DNA from: an uncultured Verrucomicrobiales bacterium
Lineage (GTDB): Bacteria > Verrucomicrobiota > Verrucomicrobiia > JADLBR01 > JAIBCM01
Direction of reading: 5' to 3'
DNA length: 64,000 bases
Assembly: GCA_964435495.1 (NCBI GenBank)
Contig: CAYSZK010000003.1
Coordinates: 2,870 to 66,869, forward strand
The position numbers and the translations under genes are program-made. The notes under the pieces were generated by a model that worked only from the letters and a program-made list of their open reading frames with translations, did not search any database and was not told the DNA's origin. Below are positions 47,250-57,315 of this stretch, piece by piece (within the stretch, counting starts at the first letter, position 1; each line of letters begins with the position of its first letter).

Positions 47250-47442
47250 AGCGGTGGTGGTGTGCCCTCGCAGGTGGCGGCGTCCGGTCTTTCGGCTTGA
47301 GGAGCGGAGCCTTTCCGGCAGGCTGCGGTCGTGAGGAAGCACGGGAAGCATGAATGGAGCGCCACTTGCCGAGGGAGACCGGAACGCAACATTCCGGTGG
47401 GCAGGACGGATTAGAAAAGCAGGCGGCACGCGGGCGGGATTC

Positions 47443-48399
47443 ATGAGGTGGCTGCTGGCAGGACTCACGGGGACGGCCGATGTGCTGTTGTTTTTGTGGG
47501 TTTGTGGCGCGGCGATGTTGCTGAAGCTGGTACGGTGTATCCGGGTCGAGCGGATGCCGCTGTGCCGGCGGGCGTTGATGGGTGTCGGTGTATTCCCGAT
47601 TCTTCGGCATTACTACGAACCCCAGTTTGACCATCGGACGCTGCGGCGGGCGCTATCGGAGGAACGGCGTTTGCCTGGAATCGAATGGAACGAGGCGGGC
47701 CAACTCGAGGTGCTCGCGTCATTCCGATTCGCGGCGGAGTTGGACGGGCTGGCCCAGGACAGGCGCCCGCCGCCGGAATTCCACTTAAACAATGGAAGCT
47801 TCGAGAGTGGGGATGCGGAGAGCCTGTATCAGGTCATCCGGCTCAGGAGGCCGCGGCGGATCATGGAGATTGGAGGCGGCCACTCGACATTGATGGCCGC
47901 GCGGGCGGTGCGGCGGAACGAATTGGATGACGCTGATTATCGCTGTCGCCATGTTTGCATTGATCCATGGGGGCCGCCATGGCTTGCGAAGTCCGGCGCC
48001 GAAGTCATCCGGCGCCCGGTTGAGGAGTTGGGGACGGTTTTTTTCGATGCGTTGGACAGTGGTGACCTGCTGTTCATTGATTCGACACACATGATCCGGC
48101 CCCAAGGGGACGTGCTCTTTGAGATTCTTGAATTGCTTCCCAGCGTCCGCCGCGGTGTGCTGGTTCATATTCATGACATATTCAGTCCGCGCGACTACAT
48201 CCGGGAGTTCTTGATCAACCAGGTCCGATTCTGGAATGAACAGTATCTCCTGGAGGCCTTGCTGGCGGAGAACCCTCGGTGGCGTGTATTTGCGGCGATC
48301 AACTTTTTGAAGCACCGCCACTACGACGCATTGAAATTGCGGTGTCCGTATCTGGCCCCGGATCGGGAGCCTGGTTCCTTTTACTTGGAACGAGTGTGA
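47443..48399 (+). CDS. Class I SAM-dependent methyltransferase (TylF/Methyltransf_24-like)
   Basis: IMEIGGGHST SAM-binding loop and DLLFIDSTH, the signature of TylF/MycF-like O-methyltransferases. It could instead start at 47350. Confidence 0.6.
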   Translation: MRWLLAGLTGTADVLLFLWVCGAAMLLKLVRCIRVERMPLCRRALMGVGVFPILRHYYEPQFDHRTLRRALSEERRLPGIEWNEAGQLEVLASFRFAAELDGLAQDRRPPPEFHLNNGSFESGDAESLYQVIRLRRPRRIMEIGGGHSTLMAARAVRRNELDDADYRCRHVCIDPWGPPWLAKSGAEVIRRPVEELGTVFFDALDSGDLLFIDSTHMIRPQGDVLFEILELLPSVRRGVLVHIHDIFSPRDYIREFLINQVRFWNEQYLLEALLAENPRWRVFAAINFLKHRHYDALKLRCPYLAPDREPGSFYLERV

Positions 48400-48463
48400 A
48401 GAGCAGGGCCGGAAGCGTGCGGCATGCGGATGCGAAGGGGCGGCTGCGGGTCATCCCGATGGG

Positions 48464-49576
48464 TCAGGTGGCATGCGTGGAACTGGCTGCCACGAGTGTG
48501 CTGGCGTAGATGCGCGACATTTCGGATGCAAGCCTCGCAACGTCGTGAAGACGGGCGGCCGAACAGCGCAATTGCCAAAGCGTGCTGGAGGGTGTGGAAT
48601 CACGCAGTGCGCGCTCCATGGCGGCTGCGACCGGTTCCGGGGAGGGCTGTGCGGCATGATGGATGCCGGCGATGGCCAGGTCGCCGGGGTAATCGTTGAT
48701 GAAGGTGTCGGGCAGGACGACCATTCTGACGCCGGCCGCGAAAGCTTCCAAGATGACGATGCCGAACGACTCCGGCGATCCGAGGTGCACAAAAATGTCG
48801 CCTGCCCGGAGGTGGGCGGCCCAGTGCGTGTCCCAAGCATGAACCACCACCCCGGTTTGGGAGGCGGCGAGCCGCCGGATGCGCATCTCATGGCGTGTGG
48901 GAGGGGGTGTTGGCGAGCTTCCGAACAGGTGAAGGCTGCCATAGGCATGCCGCATCCGAAGCATGCTGAATGCGAGGATGAGTGTCTCGAGGTGTTTCCC
49001 AGGCACGAACGCCCCGGCAGCGAGAAAACGGGGAGGTGTTGCGGGCACCTTCCGGGGAGGCGCCTTGGGCCAGTCCAGGATGGGCGCAATGATCGTGGCG
49101 GAGGGCGAAGTGTCACTGTAATGCCGGGCCGTCCTGCGGGAGTTGTAGATGACTTGAGCGTGGGTTGCCTTGGCCAGCGCGCGATAGATCCAAGCGCGCC
49201 GGGCAAGAAAGTGGAGGTGGATGATAAGGGGAATTCCGGTCAGCCAGTGGGCGATGGCACCGGCAAGAATGCCGACACGACTGTGGGCGTGGAGAACGAC
49301 AGCTCCGTGGGCAGCGGACCAACGGGCAACCCGCAAGGCCTCAACGATTGAACCCAGCAAGTCAATGGCGATTCCGCGGTTCGGAGAGACCACCCAGCCG
49401 TTCCGGACGAAAGCGGGGTCGCCGGGGTGTGCCGTGCAATCCCGATGCACCCAGATCCGGTGCTCGAACTCCGAGGCGGCAAGGCGTGCGATGTGGTACA
49501 CGGAGGCCGCAAGGCCTCCGTGGAATTCCTTGCCCGCCACGAGATGAAGAACCGGCATCAAGGGCGAAGGATGCAT
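48464..49576 (-). CDS. Glycosyltransferase family 4-like
   Basis: GT-B fold. The C-terminal SPESFGIVILEAFAAGVRMVV is E-x7-E-like. I confirmed the ATG at 49576. Confidence 0.65.
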   Translation of the reverse strand: MHPSPLMPVLHLVAGKEFHGGLAASVYHIARLAASEFEHRIWVHRDCTAHPGDPAFVRNGWVVSPNRGIAIDLLGSIVEALRVARWSAAHGAVVLHAHSRVGILAGAIAHWLTGIPLIIHLHFLARRAWIYRALAKATHAQVIYNSRRTARHYSDTSPSATIIAPILDWPKAPPRKVPATPPRFLAAGAFVPGKHLETLILAFSMLRMRHAYGSLHLFGSSPTPPPTRHEMRIRRLAASQTGVVVHAWDTHWAAHLRAGDIFVHLGSPESFGIVILEAFAAGVRMVVLPDTFINDYPGDLAIAGIHHAAQPSPEPVAAAMERALRDSTPSSTLWQLRCSAARLHDVARLASEMSRIYASTLVAASSTHAT

Positions 49577-49818
49577 GGCGGCAGGAAGGAGGCAAGTTCC
49601 AGTCCGGTGATTGCTGGCGGCTTCCACTTTCTGGCATGGGAGCGATGTCCAGCGTTGGACCAACGGTCAGAGCAGCATCGTGCGCGGTTTTCACTCCGTG
49701 GGGCGATGAACTGGCGCCGCGCAAAGAGCGAAGCGAGGGATTGCCAATCAGATCATCATGCCCGAAACTGACCCTCGTTGGCAGTGCCGATGAACAACGG
49801 AGCTTGATGAGGATGTGA

Positions 49819-51369
49819 TTGGGCCCACGCGATAAGGCAAGGATGGAAGACGTAGAATTGAGCAGCGGATGCGCAAGGGCATCGGGCGGAGCATCGTTTC
49901 TGGGATTTGTCGATCCCGTCTGGCGCGCAAGATTGATCAGCGCGGCTTCCGCGGTGGGATGTTGGAAGGCGGGTGAATGGGTCGCGCACGGACGGTGGCT
50001 GGAGACCGGCGCATTGGTGGTATGCCTGCTGGCGCCGTTGGTCTGGGCCGTTGCGGGCGATATCGGAATCCTGAGCGTGGCGTTGTGCCTTGATTGCAGG
50101 ATCAATCTGCCGATGGTTGGACCAATTGCCCCGGCGTTTCTTGTTTGCTCCGGAATGGTCGGCCTTTACGCGGTCCGGAGAATGAGTTCGCGCTCCGTGT
50201 CCTTCTCGCCGGCCTGGAGCGTGAACGCTTGGTTCTCGATTCTCTTCCTGTGGATTGGATTCAGATGGCTTATGGATCCGACGCTGCCGCGCGCCATCGC
50301 CGGCGCGAGTGGAGACGTCACCGGGTTCCGGACCTTCTTTGACTACCTGACCTGTTTGATTGTGTGCGTGGTGTTCGGGGTCATCATCCGGTCCCGACCG
50401 GACTTCGTGCGTTTTCTGCGCGGCTTGGGCTGGGTGTCTGTGGGCGCCACATTTGTGCTCTTGTGCGTTTCGTTTGCTCCCATCCCGCTGCCGAGTCTGG
50501 CGCTGAGCTATGTCGGGGTTTATCCGGTAAGCGGGACGGTGGGCAGCTACCGCTACGTGTCGTTGCCTGGTTACGGCATGAACCTCCTGGCGCTTGCCAT
50601 GCTGCCCACAGTCTGCGGCGGCGGCATTCTTCGCCGGCTGGCATTCGTTTGCATCAGTGGCTGCGCGATTTTGGCGGGCGCGAACCGAATATCAGTGCTG
50701 GCAGCAGTCGTTTGCGTCCTGGTCATGCTGGCGTTGTCGCGGCGTCCGCTTCAACTGGTCATGCTTGTGATGGCGCTTGGGGCGGCAGGCGGAGGGATGT
50801 ACCTGTACGGGGAATACGGAAACATTGATCCAGAGGCGCGATTCACCCGGCTTATTTCGCTGGTCAGCCGCCGTGCGGAGGATTTGTCCGGTAGCAGTGA
50901 GACAGTGGAGTGGCGGCTGCGCCGATGGCGGCGCGCCTACGAAGACATCACCAAGAGGCCGGTTTCCGGACACGGTTTCCAGCCGGTCAAAGGGATATTC
51001 AACGCATCGTACCAGACTTACGAGCAACGGGAGGCCCTTCGGGAGGAGATGGACGTCGCCATCGGGGGAACGCACAATGGCTATATTTCGATGGCGAGGT
51101 TGCTGGGAATTCCTGCAGTTATCCTCTTTGTTGGCGGGTCGGCCGCGGTCTTCATGGGGTGCGCAAGGGCTGGTTTTGACAAACGGCGGCCCCAGTTGGA
51201 CCGTGAGCTGTGTATTTGGTGTGCGGCGTTGTTGGCTTTCATCGGCGTGAGCCTGATGGGGGGAAGCGAGATCCACTTTTACAACGGGTGGATGCCAATC
51301 GGGCTGGGGATTCTCCTGCTGCGGTGGGAGCGCGCGGGAAAGGCGGCGAAGAATCGGAGGGCGAAATGA
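49819..51369 (+). CDS. O-antigen ligase / polymerase-like (Wzy/WaaL family) membrane protein
   Basis: About 10-12 TM helices with a large periplasmic loop near the C-terminus, typical of the Wzy_C family. Confidence 0.55.
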   Translation: MGPRDKARMEDVELSSGCARASGGASFLGFVDPVWRARLISAASAVGCWKAGEWVAHGRWLETGALVVCLLAPLVWAVAGDIGILSVALCLDCRINLPMVGPIAPAFLVCSGMVGLYAVRRMSSRSVSFSPAWSVNAWFSILFLWIGFRWLMDPTLPRAIAGASGDVTGFRTFFDYLTCLIVCVVFGVIIRSRPDFVRFLRGLGWVSVGATFVLLCVSFAPIPLPSLALSYVGVYPVSGTVGSYRYVSLPGYGMNLLALAMLPTVCGGGILRRLAFVCISGCAILAGANRISVLAAVVCVLVMLALSRRPLQLVMLVMALGAAGGGMYLYGEYGNIDPEARFTRLISLVSRRAEDLSGSSETVEWRLRRWRRAYEDITKRPVSGHGFQPVKGIFNASYQTYEQREALREEMDVAIGGTHNGYISMARLLGIPAVILFVGGSAAVFMGCARAGFDKRRPQLDRELCIWCAALLAFIGVSLMGGSEIHFYNGWMPIGLGILLLRWERAGKAAKNRRAK

Positions 51370-51418
51370 GAAGTTGGCGGATCGCTCCGAATTGGACGTA
51401 TCCCCGATTGCTTCCTGT

Positions 51419-52267
51419 TCAAGACATGGGGTGGGTTGGCGCTTTTCCAAAGAGATGCTTGATGCGGCGCACCGCGCGCCTCAGCCAGTGTATCCGTCGC
51501 AACGGTTCGGTCCAGATGTAGAAACGGATCCGCCATTCGCCAAGCGACCACGGGCTCTTTCCATATCGGCGCCGAACGCTGAGGAAGGTGCGGAAGTGGT
51601 CCGCCATGCGCGCGTCCATGATCGATCCAGGTCGGCGCTGGTAATAGGTGAGGACGTGGGGGATATAGGTGCAGCGGAACTTCTGCATTGCCCGCACAGT
51701 CCACTCGTAATCCATGGCCTCGTGGATGGATACATCCAGAAGGCCGACGGATCTATAAACGCCCCTATGAACAAATGTTGACGCTTGATTGATTCCGGTT
51801 CTTGTCCCGAGCAGATCTCCCAAGTTGTAGTCCCAGCCGGGGACCAATCCTTCCACCGTGCCATCGTAACCCAGAATGATCTGGTCGCCGCAGAACACCT
51901 TGATGTCCGGGTGGCTCCGGGCATGTTCCAGGAAGGCTGGGAGCGCGCCTTCCGCCAGACGGTCGTCCGCATTGAGCCAAATGATCCACTGGCCGGTGGA
52001 ACGCTGGATTCCCTTGTTGACCGCGTCCGATAATCCGCGGTCTTTCTCCGAGATAAACCGGACGTGGGGGGCCTGTTTAAGGAACTCGACGGTGCCGTCG
52101 GACGAACCGCCGTCGATGACCCAGTGCTCAATCTCCTCTGGAGGCAGGCCTTGCGATCTCACCGACTCTAGGTTTTTCGGGAGGAATCCGATGCAATTGA
52201 GTGATGGCGTGATCACCGAGAACAAAGGCGGGTGGGCCAGCGCCTTTTTGACTTCACCAGGGTGCAT
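51419..52267 (-). CDS. Glycosyltransferase family 2
   Basis: FSVITPSLNC...IDGGSSDGT...WLNADD is the GT-A DxD context. Confidence 0.8.
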   Translation of the reverse strand: MHPGEVKKALAHPPLFSVITPSLNCIGFLPKNLESVRSQGLPPEEIEHWVIDGGSSDGTVEFLKQAPHVRFISEKDRGLSDAVNKGIQRSTGQWIIWLNADDRLAEGALPAFLEHARSHPDIKVFCGDQIILGYDGTVEGLVPGWDYNLGDLLGTRTGINQASTFVHRGVYRSVGLLDVSIHEAMDYEWTVRAMQKFRCTYIPHVLTYYQRRPGSIMDARMADHFRTFLSVRRRYGKSPWSLGEWRIRFYIWTEPLRRIHWLRRAVRRIKHLFGKAPTHPMS

Positions 52268-52414
52268 TCACACCATCTAGGATGTCCTAAGCCGCAGTGT
52301 CAAGCAGAGCATAAATCGGGTTGTGCGCCGGCCAGCAGTCGGGAATCCGGCGGAAGTTAGAGGAGAGGCAGTGGGACGGGCTTAGATCTGGCGCTCACCG
52401 GGGGGAGCATCCCC

Positions 52415-53101
52415 TCATGGAATCCGGCGTGCTTGGCTTGGAGCCGTTCTGGCGACCCAAGACTTGACCAGGGGCCCAAACTGTTCCGCAAGAATTTCGG
52501 CATTTGGGAATAGGGCAGCCAGTTGGGCCCGAGTAAGGAGTTGTATCTGGCGTACGGCAGCCGTCGCCTTTGCGAGATCAGGCTCCCGCGGCATCCAACC
52601 GAGGTTGAAGCGCTGGTGAAGGCGGACCCGGAGGGTTTCAGGCAGGAACTGCCATCCGGGAACAAGGAAGTGGGGTTCCATGGGGAAGGCGCGGTTGGGG
52701 GTTTGAATGAAAAACGCGCGGGCGACGCGCCGCACTTCGGAGGCCATCGCCTGTTGATCCCTGAAGGCGCCAACGTGCTCGATGACCGAGTTGGAAAAGC
52801 AGATGTCAAAGGCCAGATCCGGTATGCTCCCGAGGGACCGTCCGTCCGCGGCGATGGACGCCACGCAGACGGCATGATCCGCGGGGACGGGTTCGGGCTC
52901 CAAGTTGCCGAGGGTGACCCGACAACGCCGCGTCAGGAGGGGCGCTGCGCGGGACCAGAATCCGAGCGTTCCGCCGACGTCCAGAATGCTGACGGGCTCG
53001 GGGAACGCCTCAAGCAACGGCAAGAGCCACGCCATGCGACGCTGCCGCAGGCGGTACGCCCAGGACCCGGGCCGGGAGTGGTCGGCAAACAGTTTGAGCA
53101 T
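52415..53101 (-). CDS. Class I SAM-dependent methyltransferase
   Basis: ILDVGGTLGFW SAM motif I, with FSNSVIEHV as motif II/III. I confirmed the ATG at 53101. Confidence 0.6.
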   Translation of the reverse strand: MLKLFADHSRPGSWAYRLRQRRMAWLLPLLEAFPEPVSILDVGGTLGFWSRAAPLLTRRCRVTLGNLEPEPVPADHAVCVASIAADGRSLGSIPDLAFDICFSNSVIEHVGAFRDQQAMASEVRRVARAFFIQTPNRAFPMEPHFLVPGWQFLPETLRVRLHQRFNLGWMPREPDLAKATAAVRQIQLLTRAQLAALFPNAEILAEQFGPLVKSWVARTAPSQARRIP

Positions 53102-53111
53102 GCCGGCGCCG

Positions 53112-53900
53112 TTACGCGGCCACAGCCCTGGGATACGCGCTTGGCGCCACCTCGTGCGGGCGCGCGGCATGGGCAAGGATTTCCTGATAAAGGCCGGTGC
53201 AGCGCCCCAACCGCCCGGTCAGGGAGCGGCTGGAATTGAGGCGGTTCCGAAGCTGCAAGACACGCGCCGCCCGTCGAGGTTCCGGTCTCGGGACGGACTT
53301 GATATTGACGTCGCCATCGTCATTCCGAACGGCTTTCTCAAGGTCGATGGCGGCTTGCCGGGCGACATCCGCTGGCAGGGAAGGTGGCGCAATCCCGTGG
53401 AAGGCGCAGAAAGCGGGAATCATCAACCCAGGATTCGTTGAAGCCAAGGTGAAATCGGCGATAAAGAGGCGGGACGCGTGCGGGACAACAAGGCTGTAAA
53501 AGCGATCGTAGTAATCGATCGCGGTGGCGAGGTGGTGGCCGGTCATCACGCAGTAGGAAAGGATCGCGGGAAGGGGGTCGCGGACCAGAAGGACACCCGG
53601 TTTGCCGGTGCCAAGCGCGTCAAGGCAGAGGAACGGGGCGTGGATGTGCGAGACGATGCGGCGTCCGGGAAAGGCAAGGCGCATTACGTGCAGCGTGAAC
53701 GTGTTCGCCGAACGCGGGAAACCCTCGATCCAGAAATCGAAGCTGCCAGGGTCCGGCCGCCGGGTGCCATACCGGAAATGCCTGTAAAACCAGAACGCTG
53801 CATCCGTTTTCCACAACCATCCGCGAATGAACGGGACCAACCGGCTCGCAGGCGTGCGATTCACGCATTCAATAAGATTATGGAGGGCTCGTCGCAACAT
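53112..53900 (-). CDS. Sulfotransferase-family-like protein
   Basis: PRSANTFTL resembles the 5'-PSB loop (PKSGTTWL). LVRDPLPAILSYC resembles the 3'-PB motif (RNPKDVLVSYY). The assignment is tentative. Confidence 0.4.
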   Translation of the reverse strand: MLRRALHNLIECVNRTPASRLVPFIRGWLWKTDAAFWFYRHFRYGTRRPDPGSFDFWIEGFPRSANTFTLHVMRLAFPGRRIVSHIHAPFLCLDALGTGKPGVLLVRDPLPAILSYCVMTGHHLATAIDYYDRFYSLVVPHASRLFIADFTLASTNPGLMIPAFCAFHGIAPPSLPADVARQAAIDLEKAVRNDDGDVNIKSVPRPEPRRAARVLQLRNRLNSSRSLTGRLGRCTGLYQEILAHAARPHEVAPSAYPRAVAA

Positions 53901-53961
53901 CAGCTACCGTGATTCAATCTCTTACCGCCAGCCAGCGCCCGATGCACGCAAATAATGGCGC

Positions 53962-55263
53962 TCAGGCAGCGGCCAAGCCCACTTGCAGCGTCCTCGGCAG
54001 GGAATCGAAGACCGCAAGCGCCTGGCCAACGACTTGGTCCATGTTCAGACACTGGTAGCTGGCAAGGCGCCCGGAAAAGGTCACGCCCGTTTCCGCTTCG
54101 GCACGCACGGCGTATTTCTGAAAGAGCGCGCGGGCGTCGGGGGCGGGGATGGGATAATACGGTTCGCGCCCAGGCCCGTGGTCCTGGGGATATTCGCGGA
54201 TGATCGTGGTGACCGGAAGTTTCTGGCCCGTGGCATGCTTGATCTCGACGATCCGCGTGAACGCATGGTCGTTCGGGTAGTTCACCTGCATCGCCGGCTG
54301 AAAGAACTCCCGCTCCAGCGTCTCGGGCTCGAAGCGCAGGGACCGGTACGGAAGCGGGCCGAAGCAGTGGCCAAAGTATTCGTCGATGGGGCCGGTGTAG
54401 ATGACGTGCCGGCAGCGGACGCGGGGGCGGATGTCGCGGAAGTCGGTGTTCAGCCGGACCTCAATGTTCGGGTGGTCCAGCATGCGGCGGAACATTTCCG
54501 TGTAGCCGCGGTCCGGCAGGGCCTGGAACGACTCGGAGAGGTAGCGGTCGTCGCGGTTGGTGCGGATGGGGATGCGCCCGCAGACGGAGGGGTCGAGGTC
54601 CTTTGGGTCGCGGTTCCATTGTTTGCGGGTGTAGTTCTTGAAAAACATGTCGTAGAGGCGGCGGCCCACCTGGGAGATGATGACCTCCTCGGAGTTTTTC
54701 GGGGTCTGGATGGGCACGCGCCAGATGTCGAGCGTGGCCCGCATCTCCTCCTCCGTGGAGGGGCGCCCGAGGAGTTGCTCGAAGGTGTTGAGGTTGATGG
54801 GGAAGGGCCAGAACCGGCCTTCGGTCCAGGCGAGGATTCGGTAGTCGATGTGATGCCAGCCGGTGAACCGGGAGAGGTATTCAGCGATGCGCGGGGAGTT
54901 GGTGCGGAAGTAGTGGGGGCCGTAGGGGTGGATGAGAACGCCCGCGGCGTCGGTGCGGTCGTGGGCGTTGCCGCCGACATGGTTGCGGCGGTCCACAACG
55001 AGGCAGCGGGCGCCGCGCTGGGAGGCGAGGCGTTCGGCCAGGACGCTGCCGGCGAAGCCGGCGCCGGCGATGAGATAGTCGCAGTCGATGGGGAAACGTA
55101 GCGGGCGGAGCGGAGTTTGGAAAGGCGGGGGACGGGGGATGGGAGATGGGAGATTGGACTTTTGCCGCGAAGAAGAGGAGTGGGGAGGCGGAGCCACAAT
55201 GCAACTGTGGGCGGCTGGCGGTGTAGAAATGGGTTGTGAAAAACAGGCATCTGGCGGCGGCAT
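53962..55263 (-). CDS. glf: UDP-galactopyranose mutase
   Basis: Full-length match (YLIAGAGFAGSVLAERL FAD motif, GGNAHD, YGPHYFRT and the conserved C-terminus). The true start is probably inside the listed ORF. It has no nearby in-frame ATG and overlaps the divergent SIAE start. Confidence 0.8.
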   Translation of the reverse strand: MPPPDACFSQPISTPPAAHSCIVAPPPHSSSSRQKSNLPSPIPRPPPFQTPLRPLRFPIDCDYLIAGAGFAGSVLAERLASQRGARCLVVDRRNHVGGNAHDRTDAAGVLIHPYGPHYFRTNSPRIAEYLSRFTGWHHIDYRILAWTEGRFWPFPINLNTFEQLLGRPSTEEEMRATLDIWRVPIQTPKNSEEVIISQVGRRLYDMFFKNYTRKQWNRDPKDLDPSVCGRIPIRTNRDDRYLSESFQALPDRGYTEMFRRMLDHPNIEVRLNTDFRDIRPRVRCRHVIYTGPIDEYFGHCFGPLPYRSLRFEPETLEREFFQPAMQVNYPNDHAFTRIVEIKHATGQKLPVTTIIREYPQDHGPGREPYYPIPAPDARALFQKYAVRAEAETGVTFSGRLASYQCLNMDQVVGQALAVFDSLPRTLQVGLAAA

Positions 55264-57290
55264 TGGCGGCGTGGGTGGCGGGCGGGGGCGGTTGGGCGTG
55301 GGGGGCGGGGTTGGGGGTGAGCCCGGTGTTCTCGGACAACATGGTGGTGCAGCGGGAGATGCGATGGCCGGTGTGGGGAACGGCGGCGCCCGGCGCGGAG
55401 GTGACCGTGCGCATGGCCGGCGTTTCAGCGTCCGAAAAGGCGGACGCCGCGGGGAAGTGGCGGGTTTATTTGCCGGAGTTGAAGGCGGGAGGGCCGCACG
55501 AGCTGAGTGTGGAGGCGGGGGGCGAGCGCCGGACGTTCACCAACGTGCTGGCGGGGGAGGTCTGGATTTGTTCGGGGCAGTCGAACATGGAATGGCCTTT
55601 GTCCGGCGCGTCCAACGGGCCGGCGGAGGTGGCGTCGTCTGCGCACGAAGGGCTGCGCCTGCTTTCCGTGCCGCGGCTGGCAAGCCGGACGCCGGTGGAC
55701 ACGTTTGCGGGGTCGTGGGCGGTTTGCGGTCCTGAGACGGCCGCGGGTTTTTCGGCGGTGGCCTATTACTTTGGGCGCGAAGTTCACAAGGCGCTGGGGG
55801 CGCCGGTGGGGTTGGTGAAGAGCGCGTGGGGCGGGACGCGGGCGGAGGCTTGGACGCCGGCGGCGGTGGTGGAGGAGTTCGAGTCGCCGGCGGCGTTTGA
55901 CGCGTCCGTGGAGGAGGCGAAACGGGACATGGACGGCGCGAAGGCGCGCTACCGGGACGCGGTATCGGCATGGAACGACGAGGTGCTGCATCGGGACGAG
56001 GGCATCGACCCGGCGGCGGCGAGGTGGGGGACGGAACCGGCGGGGGCGGCGTGGGAGGAGACCAAGGCGCCGGGCGCGTGGGAGAAGGCGGGGCTGGAGA
56101 TCGACGGGGCGGTGTGGCTGCGGCGGGCGGTGGTTTTGAAACCGGACCAGTGCCGGGGACCGGCGGCGTTGGAGCTGGGGATGATCGACGACTGGGATGT
56201 GGCGTGGGTGAATGGGCGGGAAGTGGGACGGACCGGAAGGGAAGTGGACCCATTGCCCAGCGAGCACGCGCGCACGTACACGGTGCCCGCCGGAGTGTTG
56301 AAGCCGGGAACCAACGTCATTGCGGTGCGGGTGTTCGACCGGGGCGGTCTCGGCGGGTTCCTCGGACCCGCGGCGGAGATGCGGCTGGCGCCGGCGTCCG
56401 GAGCGGCGGTGCCCCTGGCGGGGACATGGACGCGGCGCGTGGAACGAAGGCTGGAGCCGATTCCCGCGGGCGTTTGGGCGCGGCGGCCTCGTCCGCCTGG
56501 GTTGCTGGGCGAGCATGCGCGGCCGTCGGCCTTGTACAATGGCATGATCGCGCCGCTGGTTCCGATGGCGTTTCGCGGGGTGATCTGGTACCAGGGCGAG
56601 TCCAACGCGAGCCGGGCGCGGCAGTATCGCGCGCTGTTTCCGGCGATGATCCGGGCGTGGCGCGCGGAATGGCAGCGCGGCGACTTTCCATTCTATTATG
56701 TGCAGCTCGCCAGTTTCATGGCTCGGAAGGAAGAACCGGCGGAGAGCGCATGGGCGGAATTGCGGGAGGCGCAGCTCAAGGCGTTGGACGTGGCCAACAC
56801 GGGCATGGCGGTGGCCATTGACATCGGCGAAGCGGAGGACATCCATCCGAAGAACAAGCGGGAGGTTGGGCGCCGTCTCGCGCTATGGGCCTTGGCGCGG
56901 GCGTACCGCCCGGCGCCGGCGTGGTGGGAGGCGGCCATGGAGCGGATCATGGGGCCGCGCCCGGACAATCCGGAGTGTTCGGGCCCGTTGTTTGAGGGGT
57001 GGGCGGTGGAAGGCGTCGAAGCGCGGGTCCGGTTCCGGCACGCGGCAAACGGGCTCGCGACTTCGGACGGAAAACCGCCGCGCGGGTTCGCGTTGGCTGG
57101 TGAGGATCGGCGGTTTGTGTGGGCGCACGCGCGGATCGAGGGGCGGGAAATCGTGGTTTCCTCGCCGGAAGTGGGGAATCCCGTGAGCGTGCGCTACGGG
57201 TGGGCCGCCAACCCGGACGTGAACCTGGTCAACGGGATGGGGCTGCCGGCGTCACCGTTTCGGACGGATGATTGGGTGGCGGCGCGGTAA
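55236..57290 (+). CDS. Sialate O-acetylesterase family (SGNH-type carbohydrate esterase) protein
   Basis: Signal peptide. SGNH block I context ICSGQSNMEW. DUF303/SIAE-type blocks (KSAWGGT, GVIWYQGESN), duplicated. Confidence 0.7.
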   Translation: MKNRHLAAALAAWVAGGGGWAWGAGLGVSPVFSDNMVVQREMRWPVWGTAAPGAEVTVRMAGVSASEKADAAGKWRVYLPELKAGGPHELSVEAGGERRTFTNVLAGEVWICSGQSNMEWPLSGASNGPAEVASSAHEGLRLLSVPRLASRTPVDTFAGSWAVCGPETAAGFSAVAYYFGREVHKALGAPVGLVKSAWGGTRAEAWTPAAVVEEFESPAAFDASVEEAKRDMDGAKARYRDAVSAWNDEVLHRDEGIDPAAARWGTEPAGAAWEETKAPGAWEKAGLEIDGAVWLRRAVVLKPDQCRGPAALELGMIDDWDVAWVNGREVGRTGREVDPLPSEHARTYTVPAGVLKPGTNVIAVRVFDRGGLGGFLGPAAEMRLAPASGAAVPLAGTWTRRVERRLEPIPAGVWARRPRPPGLLGEHARPSALYNGMIAPLVPMAFRGVIWYQGESNASRARQYRALFPAMIRAWRAEWQRGDFPFYYVQLASFMARKEEPAESAWAELREAQLKALDVANTGMAVAIDIGEAEDIHPKNKREVGRRLALWALARAYRPAPAWWEAAMERIMGPRPDNPECSGPLFEGWAVEGVEARVRFRHAANGLATSDGKPPRGFALAGEDRRFVWAHARIEGREIVVSSPEVGNPVSVRYGWAANPDVNLVNGMGLPASPFRTDDWVAAR

Positions 57291-57315
57291 GGGTGGCCGT
57301 GGCTGGGTGGGGAGG

